A stretch of DNA of 45,988 bases, taken from positions 1-45,988 of the forward strand of contig JANWXL010000271.1 in NCBI GenBank assembly GCA_025055265.1. Reading direction: 5' to 3'. The DNA comes from Roseiflexus sp. Lineage in GTDB: Bacteria; Chloroflexota; Chloroflexia; Chloroflexales; Roseiflexaceae. Position numbers and translations under genes: made by a program. Of this stretch, positions 17,301-26,889 are shown piece by piece; position 1 is the first letter of the stretch, and each line of letters opens with the position of its first letter. Below the pieces are notes generated by a model. That model did not search any database. It was not told the origin of the DNA and saw nothing but the letters and a program-made list of their open reading frames with translations.

Positions 17301-18108
17301 CGCCGAGAATGTTGTCGTGACCATTGATCTGCCCTCTGATTTGCCGCACATTTTGGGCGAACTGCATCAGATCGAGCAGGTGGTGTTCAACATTGCGCTG
17401 AACGCTATTCAGGCGCTTGCGCTTCGTCTGCCTGGCGAGCCGCGTTGCCTGCGTTTCAGCGCCAGAGTCGAACCTGACAGCGTTGTGCTGGCGATTGAGG
17501 ATACCGGACCGGGAATTGCGCCGGAACATCTGTCGCGCGTATTCGAGCCGTTCTTCACCACCCGCGATGTCGGGCAGGGCATGGGAATGGGGCTTGCTGT
17601 GGTATACAGCATCGTGCAGCAACATCACGGCGAAGTGTGGGTGGAGAGCAGTCAGGGCGTCGGAACCACTTTCAAGGTGCGCCTGCGACGGACTGACGGG
17701 CCGCCGGAGGAGGGGAAGGCGCCGCTGGTCTCTTTACCGCCCAATCTCTCTGTTTTGCTCGTCGAAGACGACGATCAGGTGCGTACCATGGCGCAGCGCG
17801 CGCTGGAACGTCTCGCATGCCGCGTCGACGCCGTTTGCAGAGGCGAAGAGGCGCTGGCGCGCGCGATTGCCTGGGACTATGCGCTGGTGATCACTGACCT
17901 GCAGATGCCCGGGCTGGACGGCGTCGAATTGTATGAACGGCTTCAGGCGCTCAAGCCATCGTTGCGCTGGCTGATTCTGACTGGCGATACCATGGGTGAG
18001 CGGAGCAGCGCATTTCTCCAGCGCACTGGACTGCCGGTGTTGCACAAGCCGTTCACGAACGAACAACTGATCGAAGGCATTGCCGCAAGCCTGCAAGGGG
18101 ACATGTAG
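14395..18108 (+). CDS. Cytoplasmic hybrid sensor histidine kinase (PAS/GAF, HisKA, HATPase, REC)
   Basis: H-box AAHELNNPL, N-box NAIQA, DTGPGI, FEPFFTT, GMGMGL; receiver motifs LVEDD, TDLQMP and KPF. Confidence 0.93.
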   Translation: MAAVAAFRAADNETISRRALLCSLVNTAPWSVILIDSSGVIAAISPSARRLLNVEAGAPAFAILPNSVDELTRARFHQTLACAHDQTPGAPCLFQQLEPSPVEIEALPISFDDAGWVSVTLYEPSRPAVLRQLMIALQQRLHQLSDAASLREACDQLSAFLLPAGVSPTVIVQSSPGSSFSVQYAPPLFEAIAPDERTLMLALQRSSPLSISAMDYNVSSGIAHLLGSRGQAAFLLPGGGQRQYVLHLWGSSISPDEEAQVSAIAALIASLLAHVIDRERTVQRQQRLDALLEAAQAIISLRTVDDALREICHRLMTLVNADHVSVYLPASDPSILVCMMATGVAEHLRGRTLPLIGSLIGRTFREGATLYFDNIEAETEMYRPFWEAHRLKAALNQPLRHHESVIGVLSAGWYHAPELDEDDYMIMRRLAECATAVVTNAQLHRTLIRSEQHSRLLFEQTEELVFGLAPDGSILHCNHSATIRVGAAPGISFFSLVTPAYEDEVRRHLQEISARQQPSPPWTFAVRSIEGQPLVLETTAQVIRLGSSVSEIDLICRDVTARHAAEREMQQLHLELTTLLRVSQAINRSTDLEHVLRTTLTIIVQAMNLHAAAIILYDADGHLRLRHCHSASSVIENCDQPLTHMFREEREALAGGVSRTVDVRTLRAQTPDLPALQRLPDDAAYLAITPLLIDDAVVGLLEFLGKQRPFEMRDMELAEAIASQLAQAIRNAQTNQEMRETSLMNARLYREAEAMRAYLDAIIQNAPDVLIVCRPDMSMQPLNQEPLTALGYQRHKLAGQSLLRIVPPDHRATLTRAWLQVRQGESQRFEMDLLRADESRFTALVSFDLIPDYNEVLVVIKDVTELRQLEAQVRQHEKLAALGRLVAGAAHELNNPLAVILGLSQLQLGEDIPPSVRADLEQIERAARRAAAIVHQLRAFGQPRTLELAPVDLSLVINETLQRLASRIAAENVVVTIDLPSDLPHILGELHQIEQVVFNIALNAIQALALRLPGEPRCLRFSARVEPDSVVLAIEDTGPGIAPEHLSRVFEPFFTTRDVGQGMGMGLAVVYSIVQQHHGEVWVESSQGVGTTFKVRLRRTDGPPEEGKAPLVSLPPNLSVLLVEDDDQVRTMAQRALERLACRVDAVCRGEEALARAIAWDYALVITDLQMPGLDGVELYERLQALKPSLRWLILTGDTMGERSSAFLQRTGLPVLHKPFTNEQLIEGIAASLQGDM

Positions 18109-18136
18109 CCTTTGCCCGACCACGTGTCGTATACCT

Positions 18137-19285
18137 ATGCTCCCTGTTGTTCAAATTGTCCGTCGTCCTGGCATTCTTGATCTTGGATGGGGGCATCCCG
18201 ACCCTGCTCTGCTGCCCGTAGCGGCGTTGCAGCGCGCCACAGCAACAGCGCTTGAGCGCTATGGCGCTGATGCCCTGACGTATGGCGCCGAACGCGGACC
18301 TGGCCCGCTGATCGAATGGATCTGCGCCCGTCTTGCGCAGACCGATGCACGTGCGCCTGATCCGGTCGATGTCATCATCACGGCTGGCGCATCGCAGGCG
18401 CTGGATCTGCTCTGCACGCTGTGGACAACCCCCGGTGATACGGTGCTCGTTGAGTCGCCGACGTATCATCTGGCGGTGCGCATCCTGCGCGACCATCCGC
18501 TGGAACTGGCTGCCGTTCCGTCCGATGCCGACGGTGTTGATGTCGATGCACTGGAAGCGCTGCTGGCGCGTCTGGCGCGGCGGGGCAAACAGGCGCGCAT
18601 GCTCTACTTCGTTCCCACGCATCACAACCCAACCGGCTCGTGTATGAGTCTCGAACGCCGCAGGGCGCTGGCAACAGTCGCAGCAGAGCACGGAGTGTTG
18701 CTGGTTGAGGATGACGTGTATCGCGAACTGAGTTACGACGATCCCGCGCCGCCATCGGTGTGGAGTATAGCGCCTCCGGGCACGGTTGCGCGCATCGGAT
18801 CCTTCTCAAAATCGCTGGCGCCGGGGCTGCGTCTCGGCTACGTGACCTCTCATGCGTCGCTGGCGCAGCGACTGATCGGCAGCGGGCTGCTCGATAGCGG
18901 CGGCGGACTCAATCCGTTTGTGGCGTTGACCGTTGCCGAGGTTTGTACAGCGGGCGATTTTGACGCAACCGTGGCTCGCCTGCGTGCTGCCTATCGTGAG
19001 CGACGCAACGCGCTCGCAAAAGGGCTGCACGATTATCTGCCAGCCGGGTGCCGCTTCGTCGTGCCGGGCGGCGGCTTCTTTCAGTGGGTGGAGTTGCCAG
19101 AGGGAATCGATGCCGGAGAACTGCTGCCGCGCGCCGAACAGTCAGGCGTTTCGTACCTTCCCGGATCGCGTTTTTATCTCGACGAACCGCGACGCAACAC
19201 CCTGCGTCTGGCGTTCAGTCTGTACTCGCCGGATCAGCTTGTCGAGGCGGCGCAGCGCCTGGGAGAAGCCATTGGTAGAATTTGA
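18137..19285 (+). CDS. PLP-dependent aminotransferase class I/II (LysN/ARO8-like, no HTH)
   Basis: GWGHPD, HNPTG, EDDVY, SFSKSLAPGLRLG (PLP lysine). Confidence 0.9.
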   Translation: MLPVVQIVRRPGILDLGWGHPDPALLPVAALQRATATALERYGADALTYGAERGPGPLIEWICARLAQTDARAPDPVDVIITAGASQALDLLCTLWTTPGDTVLVESPTYHLAVRILRDHPLELAAVPSDADGVDVDALEALLARLARRGKQARMLYFVPTHHNPTGSCMSLERRRALATVAAEHGVLLVEDDVYRELSYDDPAPPSVWSIAPPGTVARIGSFSKSLAPGLRLGYVTSHASLAQRLIGSGLLDSGGGLNPFVALTVAEVCTAGDFDATVARLRAAYRERRNALAKGLHDYLPAGCRFVVPGGGFFQWVELPEGIDAGELLPRAEQSGVSYLPGSRFYLDEPRRNTLRLAFSLYSPDQLVEAAQRLGEAIGRI

Positions 19286-19315
19286 GAAAAGAAATCGGTA
19301 TCGCCGGATCTGGTC

Positions 19316-19364
19316 CGCAAAGGCGGGCTTCGCAACCGGCGCCCGCGACTTCAGGCGCCGGGCG
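19316..19364. repeat. Short REP-like palindromic element between convergent genes
   Basis: GCGGGC..GCCCGC stem and TTCAGGCGCCGGGCG; a similar TCAGTCGCCGGGCG occurs at about 13364. Confidence 0.45.
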
Positions 19365-19382
19365 GGTGAGCTATGTGACAGA

Positions 19383-19901
19383 CTATAGCGTATATCGTGC
19401 GCGCCAGCGGCGAAACAGGCGTCGCCGCGTTCGCTGACGATAGTGGGGATCGGTCTCCTTCAGACGACGACGATTCGCCAGACTGCTGCCATCAATCAGT
19501 CCTACCAGAAACTGCTTGATGTCCCCCAACGATGCTGCTTTATCAGCCAGCACCAGCACCCACGCCTCGCGCGACGTCGGCGCCGGACCGAGCGGATACA
19601 TATGACTTTCAATCGCCGCGCAGACTGCCGGGTCCTCGCCTCTCTCGGCAGCCCAGCGCGCTGCCACGCGCCCGTGCGTCGTCAGCGTTCCTGCGCGCGA
19701 GTTGATGTCGTGGAGCAGAGCGGCGCGTACACATGTGCGAATGTCGGCGCGCAGCAATCGGCTCAGATGGTATGACATGCGGACTGAACGGGTCAGATGA
19801 TCGTGTTTGGGAATACTGTGATGCATGTGGTGACGAGTTTCGACGACTTCCGGCAGGGTCAGGAGATCGCGGATGTAGTCGAAGGCGGCGTGATGTTCCA
19901 T
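19383..19901 (-). CDS. HD-domain phosphohydrolase
   Basis: HH...H, RAALLHD, HG, SHMYP, LADK. GGAAGAGG RBS before ATG 19901. Confidence 0.85.
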   Translation of the reverse strand: MEHHAAFDYIRDLLTLPEVVETRHHMHHSIPKHDHLTRSVRMSYHLSRLLRADIRTCVRAALLHDINSRAGTLTTHGRVAARWAAERGEDPAVCAAIESHMYPLGPAPTSREAWVLVLADKAASLGDIKQFLVGLIDGSSLANRRRLKETDPHYRQRTRRRLFRRWRARYTL

Positions 19902-20063
19902 GCAGACCTCTTCCTGAAACAACGATGCGTTGACGACGGCCCGACGATGCCGGTGTTGGTTATACCACATCTGCGGTGTGTAGGGCATTCCCCAGAAGTA
20001 CTGATTTGTAGATTGCGTCGCTCCGCTCGTAATGACACCTGGTCCCCATGTTTGGACAGACTC

Positions 20064-21014
20064 TTACCCGCCTGCATTGGACCATGCACGATCAAGCAGT
20101 TGATCCGCAGCGGCGTATGGATCGAGCGTGCGCGCGACAATCTGCGCAATCAATGCGTCCCAGTCGGAAGACGATACGCGCGCGTGCACTCGTGCGAGCG
20201 CCGTTTCCTGAAGAATTAACCGCAGTTCACGCCTGGCGCGTTCCTGTTCACGCCCGGCGAAGCGCCCGCTTTCGCGCAGATAAGCCAGGTGCCGCTCCGT
20301 CGCCGCTGCAATTGCTTCAATGCCTTCGCCACGTGTGGCAACCGCGGTCAGCACGGGCGGGGTCCAGCCGTCGGCTGGCAGATCGGCCAGGCTGAGCATG
20401 GCGCGCAACTGACGAACAGTTTGTTCAGCGCCATCGCGATCCGCTTTGTTGACGACCAGAAGATCAGCGATCTCGAGAATGCCAGCTTTGATCGCCTGAA
20501 TATCATCACCGGCGCCAGGAGTTTCGATAACAATGGTGGTATGAGCAGTTGCAGCAATCTCGACCTCGCCCTGACCGGCGCCGACCGTCTCGACCAGCAC
20601 CATATCAAAACCGGCGGCGTCGAGCACGGCTACTGCGTCACCGGTTGCGCGGGCGATGCCGCCCAGTCGCCCCCGGCTTGCCATGCTGCGAATGAATACG
20701 CCAGAGTCGCCGCTGAGCGCCTGCATGCGGATTCGGTCGCCCAGGATGGCGCCGCGTGTGAATGGCGACGTCGGATCGACCGCAATAATGCCGACGGTGC
20801 GACCGGTGCGTCGCCAGTGCGCTGCCAGGGCGGCGACCAGGGTGGATTTGCCAGCGCCAGGAGCGCCAGTCACGCCGACGATATGCGCGCGACCGGTGTG
20901 TGCGAACAGGGCGGCAAGCAACATGCGCGCCTGCGGACCGCCAGTTTCCACCAGGGTCAGCGCCTGCGCCAGCGCGCGCCGATTGCCTTCCAGCAACGCC
21001 TGTGCCAGATCCAC
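20064..21014 (-). CDS. meaB: Methylmalonyl-CoA mutase-associated GTPase
   Basis: GVTGAPGAGKST, AVDPTSPFTRGAILGDRIRM, ETVGAGQ, NKAD. GTG start at 21014. Confidence 0.93.
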   Translation of the reverse strand: MDLAQALLEGNRRALAQALTLVETGGPQARMLLAALFAHTGRAHIVGVTGAPGAGKSTLVAALAAHWRRTGRTVGIIAVDPTSPFTRGAILGDRIRMQALSGDSGVFIRSMASRGRLGGIARATGDAVAVLDAAGFDMVLVETVGAGQGEVEIAATAHTTIVIETPGAGDDIQAIKAGILEIADLLVVNKADRDGAEQTVRQLRAMLSLADLPADGWTPPVLTAVATRGEGIEAIAAATERHLAYLRESGRFAGREQERARRELRLILQETALARVHARVSSSDWDALIAQIVARTLDPYAAADQLLDRAWSNAGG

Positions 21015-21018
21015 GCAG

Positions 21019-21423
21019 TCAGGCCCTCGTTCTGCACTGCTCTTGAATGAATCGCACAATGTCGTGGGTCGAAGCGCCGGGTCCGTACACTTCGGCAATA
21101 CCGTGCTGCTCTTTCAATATCCGGGCGTCTTCATCGGAGATGATCCCGCCTGCCACCACCAGCACGTCGTGCATGCCGTGGTCGCGCAGCAATTCCATCA
21201 CGCGCGGCAGCAGGGTCATGTGAGCGCCGGAGAGAATCGAAAGACCAATAACATCGACATCTTCCTGCAGCGCCGCTTCGACGATCATCTGCGGCGTCTG
21301 CTGAATGCCGGTGTAGATCACCTCCATGCCGGCATCGCGCAATGCGCGGGCAATAACCTTCGCACCGCGGTCATGCCCGTCCAGACCTGGTTTTGCAATC
21401 AGCACGCGGATTGGACGATCCAT
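21019..21423 (-). CDS. Cobalamin-binding small subunit of methylmalonyl-CoA (acyl-CoA) mutase
   Basis: [13 protein letters not shown] (DxHxxG motif), SILSGAH, GGII. Confidence 0.93.
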   Translation of the reverse strand: MDRPIRVLIAKPGLDGHDRGAKVIARALRDAGMEVIYTGIQQTPQMIVEAALQEDVDVIGLSILSGAHMTLLPRVMELLRDHGMHDVLVVAGGIISDEDARILKEQHGIAEVYGPGASTHDIVRFIQEQCRTRA

Positions 21424-21440
21424 TGGAACCTCATGTGCGG

Positions 21441-22421
21441 CTACTTACGCTGACGCGGACCGGGACCCCAGCGCCCGAAGAGTCCCGGTCGTTCATATGC
21501 CATATCGATCATCGCATGGAACTCCTGCTCGCCAGGGCGCATGTTGGGGCGTTCCGCCAGCCACTGATCCCGTGCCTCCCGAGCGCGGCGAAACCATGCC
21601 AGCAGCGCTTCGCCATCGCCGGCGGCGACCTGATCGCGCAATTCCGCCAGGCGTTGCGACATTTCATCGAGCCAGCGCGCCAGCGCCTCGCGATTGGTCA
21701 GGCAGATGTCGCGGTGCATTTCGGCGCTGCCGGATGCCAGCCGGGTCACGTCACGGAAGCCCGTGGCCGCCAGCGGCGCCATCTCGCGCCATCCGGGGCT
21801 GCGGCTCACCACATCCATCAGCGCCGTCGAGATCATGAACGGCAGGTGCGAGACGCCAGCCACATATGCATCATGCTCGACCGGATCGATGTAGTAGAGT
21901 TTCGCGCCAATCTGCTCAACCATTGCCTCAACCAGGCGCACAGCGGTTTCGCGGGTATGTTCGCGTGGCGAGAGGCAGTAAATGGCATTGCGGAAGAGAT
22001 CGGGCGATGCAGCGGCAGGACCGGACTTCTCGCTTCCTGCCATCGGATGCCCGCCAATGAAATCGACGGTCGTGGGCAGCAGTTCGCGCGCCCACGCAAG
22101 GACCTGCGCTTTCGTGCTTGCCACATCGGTGACCGTCGCTCCGGGTGGCAGCAGCGGCGCAAGGTCGGCGAACACGGTACGGATTGCCTGCACTGGAACC
22201 GCAACGATGACCAGGTGCGCGTCGCGCACTGCATCAGCCAGCGTGCGCGCCTCACGATCAATGGCAAGCCTGCCGCGCGCCTCGGAAAGCGCGCGCGCAT
22301 CGGTATCAAAACCAGTCACAGTAATGGCGCCCAGGGGGGACTCGCGCTCATTGGCGGAACGCAGCGCCATGCCGAGCGACGCGCCGATCAGTCCAACGCC
22401 GATGATAGCAATCTGAATCAT
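21441..22421 (-). CDS. tyrA: Prephenate/arogenate dehydrogenase
   Basis: [26 protein letters not shown]...[14 protein letters not shown]. Confidence 0.92.
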   Translation of the reverse strand: MIQIAIIGVGLIGASLGMALRSANERESPLGAITVTGFDTDARALSEARGRLAIDREARTLADAVRDAHLVIVAVPVQAIRTVFADLAPLLPPGATVTDVASTKAQVLAWARELLPTTVDFIGGHPMAGSEKSGPAAASPDLFRNAIYCLSPREHTRETAVRLVEAMVEQIGAKLYYIDPVEHDAYVAGVSHLPFMISTALMDVVSRSPGWREMAPLAATGFRDVTRLASGSAEMHRDICLTNREALARWLDEMSQRLAELRDQVAAGDGEALLAWFRRAREARDQWLAERPNMRPGEQEFHAMIDMAYERPGLFGRWGPGPRQRK

Positions 22422-23047
22422 GGTTCAGGCTCAACAAACGACAGAAATAATAATTCAGCAACTCCGATGATCAAGGCGACCAGCGCAACCGCAACCGGCG
22501 TCAGCGTTCGCAGGCCCGCCAGAACGATCAGCAATGCAGCCAGCAATCCAATCTCATACGCCTGACGTCGTGCACGGCGGCGATCATAGCGTCGCGCCCG
22601 TTGTCGGAAAAGACGTTGCCCTGCTGCGTAGAGCAATGGCATGGCAAGCGATGAACAAAACCAGAAGACGGCCAGCGCCATCACAGCGTACACTGGCGCG
22701 TCTGGCGGAGACAGCAACCATGCAGTCGGCGGCGGCACAAACGCCAGCGTATACAGGAGCAGCGCCGTTCCAGAAACTCCCTCAACCGCCAGACCTGTCA
22801 GACGAAACCGATGTTCGACTGGCGCAAACGTCAGCACTGCAGCGGCGACAACCAGTATATAATATACCATGCGTTCCAGCGCATCGTATGGTTGCCGTCG
22901 GTCAACGCTTCCCCAGATCAGCATCGTCAGCGCCCCAGCCCAGCAGAGGCCGGCAAGCGCTGCGAGCAACAACACAATCCGTCGCGAAAGGGGCGACGTT
23001 GCAGACTCGGTTTCACCCTCCTCGGACACAACAGAACGGCGCATCAC
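22418..23047 (-). CDS. Hypothetical membrane protein (about 6 TM)
   Basis: Hydrophobic 209-aa ORF overlapping both neighbours by 4 nt. Confidence 0.75.
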   Translation of the reverse strand: MMRRSVVSEEGETESATSPLSRRIVLLLAALAGLCWAGALTMLIWGSVDRRQPYDALERMVYYILVVAAAVLTFAPVEHRFRLTGLAVEGVSGTALLLYTLAFVPPPTAWLLSPPDAPVYAVMALAVFWFCSSLAMPLLYAAGQRLFRQRARRYDRRRARRQAYEIGLLAALLIVLAGLRTLTPVAVALVALIIGVAELLFLSFVEPEP

Positions 23048-23514
23048 AGATCAGCCGGTTCTTCACCGCGAGCAGTATAGTACACGCCAAGATACGGCAG
23101 CCGTGGATTGCCAGGGAACGCGCCAAGCGCCACACTGACCGTCTGCTCGTCTCGATCACGGAGAATGGTCAGACGAACGGTATCCCCGGCGCGATAGCGT
23201 AAGAGTTGATCGCGCAGATCGCGCGCATCCTGCACATACACCCCCTCGATTGCCACGATCACATCGCCGCGCGCCACGCCTGCGCGCGCCGCCGGACCGT
23301 TGCGATCAAGGCGCGTGACCAGGACGCCGAGTTCCGGCAGAACCGGTTGCAACGCAGCGGTTGCGCTCAGTTCGAGGCGCGCCTCGCGCCGTCCAATGTC
23401 GCGCCCGGCGACCCAACCGCCAATGCCCGCAAACACCCCACACCAAATGCACAGAAATGCTATGGCAGCTATGAGTCCCGCAATCCACCAGGGTCTGGAT
23501 ACGCCTTCGGTCAT
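23044..23514 (-). CDS. Membrane-anchored PDZ-domain protein
   Basis: N-terminal TM; GVLVTRL..NGPAARAGVARGDVIVAIEG is a PDZ signature. Confidence 0.85.
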   Translation of the reverse strand: MTEGVSRPWWIAGLIAAIAFLCIWCGVFAGIGGWVAGRDIGRREARLELSATAALQPVLPELGVLVTRLDRNGPAARAGVARGDVIVAIEGVYVQDARDLRDQLLRYRAGDTVRLTILRDRDEQTVSVALGAFPGNPRLPYLGVYYTARGEEPADL

Positions 23515-23541
23515 ACGGCTTCCAACGACTATCGTTCAGCA

Positions 23542-23583
23542 TAGGGATTAGGGATTAGGGGTTAGGGATTAGGGGTTAGGGGT
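23542..23583. repeat. Heptamer tandem repeat (TAGGGAT/TAGGGGT) x6
   Basis: Read directly from the sequence. Confidence 0.9.
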
Positions 23584-23688
23584 CAGGAGCGCGTGCTTAC
23601 CTGCACCCTGACGCCTTCAACCTGCCGCCTTCCCGCCTCCCCGCCCACAATCTTCGCACGTGCAATGTGCAACGTACACCACGCACCT

Positions 23689-23758
23689 GGCGCGTGGGCG
23701 CGCCAGCGGCGCGTGGGCGCGCCAGCGGCGCGTGGGCGCGCCAGCGGCGCGCCCCTAC
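23689..23758 (-). repeat. GTAG-REP-like element with a 19-bp tandem triplication
   Basis: (GGCGCGTGGGCGCGCCAGC) x3 followed by GGCGCGCCCCTAC; on the minus strand this reads GTAGGGGCGCGCCGCTGGCGCGCCC. Confidence 0.8.
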
Positions 23759-23785
23759 GTGTCCCGCACGCAACGTTCAACGTTG

Positions 23786-25084
23786 TTACGCCCGTCTGCC
23801 CGACGACGGTCTTTTCCAGCGTCCCAATCCTCTGAGGCGCGGCAGGCGCAATCGCCGAACGATTGCGCGTGGTCGCGGCAGGCGCACCGACGGCAGGCGC
23901 AGGTGGCGACGGCGGCGGACCGGCGGCGCCAGGTGCAGTTGCTCCAGCAGGATCGAGGCAATCTGCGCCGCGCCGTCGCGCGGAACCGCATCGACCAGGC
24001 GCGCCGTCACTGCTGCGTAAGTGGAAGGTTCCATCAACTCCGCCAGCACCGGCACGATGCGATCGATCGTCGGGCAGAACAACCCCAGTTCATGGTTCAG
24101 CACAAAGTCGATGTTGCCGCGCTCCTGCATGCCGACCGCCTGCGTCACAATCACCGGGCGACGCATGACCAGCGCCTCCATCAGCGTGCCGGGGCCGGCT
24201 TTCGAGATCACGATGTCACTGGCGGCCATCAACTCTTCCATATTCGTCACGAAACCGAAGATATGCACATTCGGACCGAACCCGCTCTGCTCGAGACGCT
24301 CGCGCAACGCTGCATTGCGCCCGGTGACGACCAGCAACTGCAACTGCGGATACGCTGTGTGAATGTTGCGCACCAGTTGCTCCATGTTGCCAGACCCCAC
24401 CCCGCCGCTCGTGACCAGCACAGTAAACAACTCAGGCGCAAGACCGAGGTTCGCCTGCGCAGCATCACGGGTCTGCTGGTATGCAGCAAATTTGGGGTGA
24501 ACGGGGAAACCAGTGCGCACCAGTTTACTTTCCGGCATCCCCAAACGACGCATCCGCTCATAAGCTTCGTCAGTGGGAACGATGCACAGTTCTGCATCCG
24601 GGTCCGCCCACGAGGCATGCAGGCTCACCAGATCGGTCACAACCGTGATAAAACGAAATGAGAGGCGATAGGTGCGGCGTGCATTGCCGATCAGACGGTT
24701 GAGCAACGGGTGCACCGACACCACCAGCTTTGGACGCACGGCTTCCAGCACGCGCAGAATGTTACGGTGCGCCGCAAAATAGACGACCTTCGTCAACGCA
24801 TCAATACGCCGTCGACCGTCGGTCAGGCGATAGAGCGTATCGTAGAGCGGCAACCAGCGCGTTGAGAGCTTATCGTAGACGACCGGCGCATTCCGCACCA
24901 CCGGAACGCCGGTATGTGCAAAGATGTCGATAATGTATGTTTCAACCGCATCGCCCACGCGCTGCTCGATTGCGGCGGCGATTGCCTGCGCGCCTGAGCG
25001 ATGGCCGCCGCCGGTATCGGAGATGGCGAACAGAATCCGCGGTACATTGACAGGTGAAGGCTCTCTCTGTGGAATATCAGACAT
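23786..25084 (-). CDS. MGDG synthase/UgtP-like diacylglycerol glycosyltransferase (GT28)
   Basis: SDTGGGHRS, SVHPL, VVTDL, GGVGSG, SKAGPGT, QERGN; Arg-rich C-terminal tail. Start 25084 or 25117. Confidence 0.88.
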   Translation of the reverse strand: MSDIPQREPSPVNVPRILFAISDTGGGHRSGAQAIAAAIEQRVGDAVETYIIDIFAHTGVPVVRNAPVVYDKLSTRWLPLYDTLYRLTDGRRRIDALTKVVYFAAHRNILRVLEAVRPKLVVSVHPLLNRLIGNARRTYRLSFRFITVVTDLVSLHASWADPDAELCIVPTDEAYERMRRLGMPESKLVRTGFPVHPKFAAYQQTRDAAQANLGLAPELFTVLVTSGGVGSGNMEQLVRNIHTAYPQLQLLVVTGRNAALRERLEQSGFGPNVHIFGFVTNMEELMAASDIVISKAGPGTLMEALVMRRPVIVTQAVGMQERGNIDFVLNHELGLFCPTIDRIVPVLAELMEPSTYAAVTARLVDAVPRDGAAQIASILLEQLHLAPPVRRRRHLRLPSVRLPRPRAIVRRLRLPRLRGLGRWKRPSSGRRA

Positions 25085-25207
25085 TGTGAATGCCGCCAGC
25101 GTCGCCGACAACCGCACGGAGTGCGATGATCAGCGCAAGATTACGGTGAGTCTGCTTCAATGCCATCGTACCATACCGTTCCGTAACGTGCAAAATGGCA
25201 TCGAGAT

Positions 25208-25236
25208 TTGCCCGCCCCTTGCTTGTATGCTATACT
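25208..25236 (+). promoter_or_regulatory. rpsB promoter
   Basis: TTGCCC, 17-nt spacer, TATACT with an extended TG. Confidence 0.65.
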
Positions 25237-25242
25237 ACCAGA

Positions 25243-25393
25243 CGGCGCGCTGCGGCGCGCTTCATTACACACATCGCTCTATTGCCGCCTCTCCTGCCGG
25301 TTTGCGCCGGTCGTGCGGCGTCTAAGGGAGCGGTGGAGGCATGGGTTTGGCAGGCGGGCGTCTGCCAGTCTGAAGCATAAGGAGGAATCGGGC
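25243..25393 (+). promoter_or_regulatory. rpsB 5' leader, probable S2 autoregulatory RNA
   Basis: Long structured UTR with CACAC near its 5' end and GTGGAGGCA, recalled as typical of rpsB leaders. Confidence 0.5.
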
Positions 25394-26185
25394 ATGACCC
25401 AGGGAGTGCAGCGGCTCGTCTCGATGCGAGCGCTGCTTGAGGCAGGAGCGCATTTCGGGCATCAGACCAAGCGGTGGAATCCAAAGATGCGGCCGTACAT
25501 CTTTACGGCGCGCAACGGTATTCACATCATCGATCTGCAGAAGACGATCGTTGGTCTGACAGCGGCGTATCAGTTCATTGTTGAGACCGTGGCGGCGGGC
25601 AACAAGGTATTGTTCGTCGGCACCAAGAAGCAGGCGCAGGAAACAATCGCTGAAGAGGCGACGCGCGCCGGGCAGTTCTATGTGACCCAGCGCTGGCTGG
25701 GAGGGACGCTGACCAATTTCGTGACTATTCGCAAGCGATTGCAATACCTGAAAAATCTCGAAGAACAACGCAGTCGCGGCGAGTTCAACAAGCTCACGAA
25801 AGCCGAAGCGCTCAAGCGCGACGCCGAGATCGAAAAGCTCAACAAGGTCTTCGGCGGCGTGAAAACGATGGATCGATTGCCTGGCGCCCTGTTTGTCGTC
25901 GATCCGCACAAAGAAGACCTCGCGGTCAAAGAAGCCAATAAAGTCGGCATTCCGATCGTGGCGATGGTTGACACCAATTGCGATCCCGATCTGATCGACT
26001 ATGTCATTCCGTGTAACGACGATGCCATTCGCAGCATCCGTCTGATCGCCGCGAAAATCGCTGATGCCGCCATTGAGGGTCAAAACCGGCGCGAGTCGCT
26101 CCAGGCGGACATGGCGCAAGGCGGCTCATATGAGCAGGCAGCGGCAGAACGCATGATCGCCGAGGAGGCCGGGGCGGTCGAGTAG
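25394..26185 (+). CDS. rpsB: 30S ribosomal protein S2
   Basis: [44 protein letters not shown]. Confidence 0.98.
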   Translation: MTQGVQRLVSMRALLEAGAHFGHQTKRWNPKMRPYIFTARNGIHIIDLQKTIVGLTAAYQFIVETVAAGNKVLFVGTKKQAQETIAEEATRAGQFYVTQRWLGGTLTNFVTIRKRLQYLKNLEEQRSRGEFNKLTKAEALKRDAEIEKLNKVFGGVKTMDRLPGALFVVDPHKEDLAVKEANKVGIPIVAMVDTNCDPDLIDYVIPCNDDAIRSIRLIAAKIADAAIEGQNRRESLQADMAQGGSYEQAAAERMIAEEAGAVE

Positions 26186-26207
26186 GATGATGGTGTAAGA
26201 GATGCAA

Positions 26208-26252
26208 GGAAGACTGAAGGCAGCCGCGCCGCCTTCGATCTTCCCTGTTTTT
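26208..26252 (+). terminator. Hairpin plus U-tract between rpsB and tsf (likely partial terminator)
   Basis: GGAAGA..GAAGGC / GCCTTC..TCTTCC followed by TGTTTTT. Confidence 0.6.
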
Positions 26253-26274
26253 ATGTCAGAGAGAAGGAGTCATC

Positions 26275-26805
26275 GTGGCTGAAATTACTGCTCAAATGGT
26301 GAAGGAGCTGCGCGAGCGCACCGGCGCAGGCGTGAAGGAGTGCAAGGATATTCTCGAGCAGACCAATGGCGATTTCGAGAAGGCCATTGAAGAATTACGC
26401 AAACGCGGGCTGCGCGTGAGCGACAAGGTCGCCGGGCGTGAGGCAAAGGAAGGACGTATCGAGGTGTACGTCCATCACGGCGCACGTGTTGCCGCGATGG
26501 TCGAACTGAACTGCGAGACCGATTTTGTGGCGCGCACCGACGATTTCATTCAACTGGCGCGCGACATCGCCATGCAGGTTGCAGCTATGAACCCGCGCTA
26601 CGTCCGTGTCGAAGATGTGCCGGAGAGCGAGATCGCCGCCAGCGGAATGTCGCCTGAGCAGTTCTATCGGGAGCATGTGCTGCTGAAACAGGTGTTTATC
26701 AAGGACTCATCGCAGACGATTGAAGAGAAGATCCAGGCAGCGATTGCAAAGATCCGTGAGAACATTGTCGTGCGGCGCTTCGTTCGCTATGAAATCGGCG
26801 GCTGA
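26275..26805 (+). CDS. tsf: Elongation factor Ts (short form)
   Basis: VKELRERTGAG, ELNCETDFVA, ENIVVRRFVRY. Confidence 0.96.
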   Translation: MAEITAQMVKELRERTGAGVKECKDILEQTNGDFEKAIEELRKRGLRVSDKVAGREAKEGRIEVYVHHGARVAAMVELNCETDFVARTDDFIQLARDIAMQVAAMNPRYVRVEDVPESEIAASGMSPEQFYREHVLLKQVFIKDSSQTIEEKIQAAIAKIRENIVVRRFVRYEIGG

Positions 26806-26889
26806 GCAGATCGCGATCCGCCGGACGACGAGTGAACGTGCCGCGACAGGCGTTCCTTCGTCTATGTCTGCCTGGTGTACGGAGGCATC

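Noticed and set aside
23542-23583. Eukaryotic telomere contamination
   Set aside because: The unit is a heptamer embedded in continuous bacterial gene context, and related heptamers recur elsewhere in the window.
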